Assembly: GCA_029261195.1 (NCBI GenBank)
Contig: JAJDBU010000025.1
Coordinates: 104,874 to 168,873, forward strand
DNA from: Nitrospirota bacterium
Lineage (GTDB): Bacteria; Nitrospirota; Nitrospiria; SBBL01; JAADHI01
DNA: 64,000 bases
Direction of reading: 5' to 3'
This document shows positions 62,470 through 64,000 of the stretch, piece by piece. The first letter of the stretch is position 1, and each line of letters begins with the position of its first letter. The notes under the pieces were generated by a model. It searched no databases and was not told the origin of the DNA. It saw only the letters and a program-made list of their open reading frames with translations. A program made the position numbers and the translations under genes.

Positions 62470-63852
62470 ATGTCTGAATCGAAGGGATTGATTCTTGTTG
62501 TTGATGATGATCGGGAGATGCGTGAACTTCTGGGAGATCTGCTTGAAGAAGAGGGGTACCACTGCGAGAGGGTGAACAGCGCAGAGGCGGCGATTGCCCT
62601 GATTGAGGCAAAAACCTACGACCTGGTAATCAGCGATCTCAGGATGACGGGGCTTTCCGGCTTAGACCTGCTGAAACAGGCGCGGTTGCAACGCGCTGAT
62701 CAGGCGATGATCATTATCACGGCTTTCGGGACGGTTTCGACTGCCATCGAAGCGATGAAGCAGGGGGCCTACGATTACCTGATTAAACCCTTCAAACGGG
62801 AACACCTTCTCCTTGTTACAAAAAAAGCCTTTGAACGGATTCATCTCCAACAGGAACTGCTGCGTTTACGCCAGGTGGTTTCCAAGCAATATCAATTTTC
62901 AAACATCATCGGAAAGAGCAAAGCAATGCAGGCCGTTTTTCAGTTGATCAACCGGGTCTCCGAAAGCACGGTAAATATCGCAGTCACGGGAGAGAGCGGC
63001 ACGGGCAAAGAGCTTGTGGCCAAGGCAATTCACTACAACAGCCCTAGAAAAAACCAGCCTTTTATGGCAATTGATTGTGCTTCCATCCCTGAAATGCTGC
63101 TCGAAAGTGAGCTTTTCGGCCATGTCCGCGGGGCCTTTACCGATGCAAAATCAGATAAAAAAGGCTTGGTCGAGGTGGCCCACGGCGGCACCCTATTTCT
63201 GGATGAAATCGGTGAAATGCCCTTGAGCCTTCAACCCAAACTCCTTCGGGTGATTCAGGAAAAAAAGGTTCGACGCGTCGGTGCGACCCATACCCTGCCG
63301 GTGGATATTCGCATTATCTCTGCAACCAATCGAGATTTGCTTCATGCAGTCCAGGCAAAGCAGTTTCGCGATGACCTTTATTACCGCCTCAACGTCTTGC
63401 AGATCGACCTTCCCCCTTTGAGAAAGCGACGAGACGATATTTCCCTTCTTGCCGGTCATTTCTTAAAGAAGTACGCTGCAGAACAGAATAAAAGACTGGA
63501 GGGATTTTCAGAATCGGCTCTGAATATCTTAATGAAATATCCCTGGCCGGGCAATGTCCGTGAATTGGAAAACGCTATCGAACGCGCCGTGACCCTGTCT
63601 CGGGACAGGAAAAAGACGGTCAGTTCGGAAGACTTTCCCCCTACGGTGACCGGAGGTCGTGAAGACCAGTTGTTGCTTGATGAAAACCTGGATAAGTTGG
63701 CCTCGTTAGAGACGATGGAGCAGGAATACGTTGTTCGCGTATTGCAAGCCGTAGGGGGCAATAAGGCGAAAGCGGCACAGATTCTCCAGATCGACCGAAA
63801 AACCCTCTACAGAAGGCTGCACGATTATCAGACCAATACATTGGACGAATAA
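62470..63852 (+). CDS. Sigma54-dependent response regulator (NtrC family: REC + AAA+ + Fis-HTH)
   Basis: 460 aa. Contains the phosphoacceptor context DLVISDLRM, GESGTGKE, ESELFGHVRGAFTDA, RFISATN-type ..IRIISATNRDL and the C-terminal GGNKAKAAQILQIDRKTLYRRL. Confidence 0.92.
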   Translation: MSESKGLILVVDDDREMRELLGDLLEEEGYHCERVNSAEAAIALIEAKTYDLVISDLRMTGLSGLDLLKQARLQRADQAMIIITAFGTVSTAIEAMKQGAYDYLIKPFKREHLLLVTKKAFERIHLQQELLRLRQVVSKQYQFSNIIGKSKAMQAVFQLINRVSESTVNIAVTGESGTGKELVAKAIHYNSPRKNQPFMAIDCASIPEMLLESELFGHVRGAFTDAKSDKKGLVEVAHGGTLFLDEIGEMPLSLQPKLLRVIQEKKVRRVGATHTLPVDIRIISATNRDLLHAVQAKQFRDDLYYRLNVLQIDLPPLRKRRDDISLLAGHFLKKYAAEQNKRLEGFSESALNILMKYPWPGNVRELENAIERAVTLSRDRKKTVSSEDFPPTVTGGREDQLLLDENLDKLASLETMEQEYVVRVLQAVGGNKAKAAQILQIDRKTLYRRLHDYQTNTLDE

Positions 63853-63907
63853 AGCGCAGTGAGAGAAAAACCTCAGCGCTCACTAAGGAAGCTCTGATCA
63901 AGTACTT

Positions 63908-64000
63908 TTAACGGAAGCAGCCCAGGCCTTTTAAAACCTCCCATTCAAGAGGAGAATCACCCCAGTGATATCGCCCAATTTTGTGGTGACGGGTTTGCTG
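63908..64000 (-). CDS. 3' end of an unidentified gene entering from beyond the window
   Basis: The minus frame is open from the window edge: ..QQTRHHKIGRYHWGDSPLEWEVLKGLGCFR, with the stop (TAA) at 63910..63908. It is convergent with the regulator gene. No motif recognised. Confidence 0.3.
   Translation of the reverse strand, partial: QQTRHHKIGRYHWGDSPLEWEVLKGLGCFR

Overview
This 64-kb chromosomal window is from a Gram-negative bacterium of roughly 50% GC (judged by eye). The lineage cannot be fixed from sequence alone. The gene content fits a reductive-TCA autotroph such as a Nitrospinota- or Nitrospirota-like organism, but that is inference only.

Layout:
- 1-10.7 kb (minus strand): one operon for a type II secretion / type IV pilus-like machine. 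It has three large prepilins, a PilM-PilN (GspL-like) fusion, a PilO/GspM-like protein, PilT, a GspE/PilB ATPase, a GspF/PilC platform, a PilP/GspC-like protein and the start of a secretin.
- 11.1-14.2 kb: a STAND NTPase-TM-coiled-coil-WD40 protein.
- 14.4-26.6 kb: an iron-acquisition region. It holds a rhomboid protease, a TonB2-type TtpB/TtpC/ExbB/ExbD/TonB operon, a BrnT/BrnA toxin-antitoxin pair, and a TonB-dependent receptor with a DUF4856-like lipoprotein, a fatty-acid hydroxylase and an imelysin. Three Fur-box promoters lie at 19.4, 26.8 and 28.1 kb.
- 26.9-28.0 kb: a Fur-box-controlled operon encoding a multi-HTH protein and two small proteins.
- 28.3-42.2 kb: a cupredoxin, an M1+M28 fusion peptidase, a DsrEFH-like trio, a PilZ protein, uvrB, a GAF-GGDEF cyclase and LPS core/O-antigen genes.
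- 42.3-47.4 kb: an IS4-family element abutting a 5'-truncated type III mod gene and an intact res gene.
- 47.4-58.0 kb (plus strand): a contiguous rTCA block of aclB-aclA, aconitase, two paralogous FrdB-like Fe-S proteins, an FrdA-like flavoprotein and sucCD.
- 58-64 kb: uppP, an esterase, a Zn-ADH, an intergenic DnaA-box cluster next to an AT-rich tract, lptF/G and an NtrC-family regulator.

I recognised no rRNA, tRNA or CRISPR array.

All calls rest on manual motif reading of the supplied translations and DNA. No database search or alignment was run. The ORF track uses alternative start codons, so several starts are uncertain.
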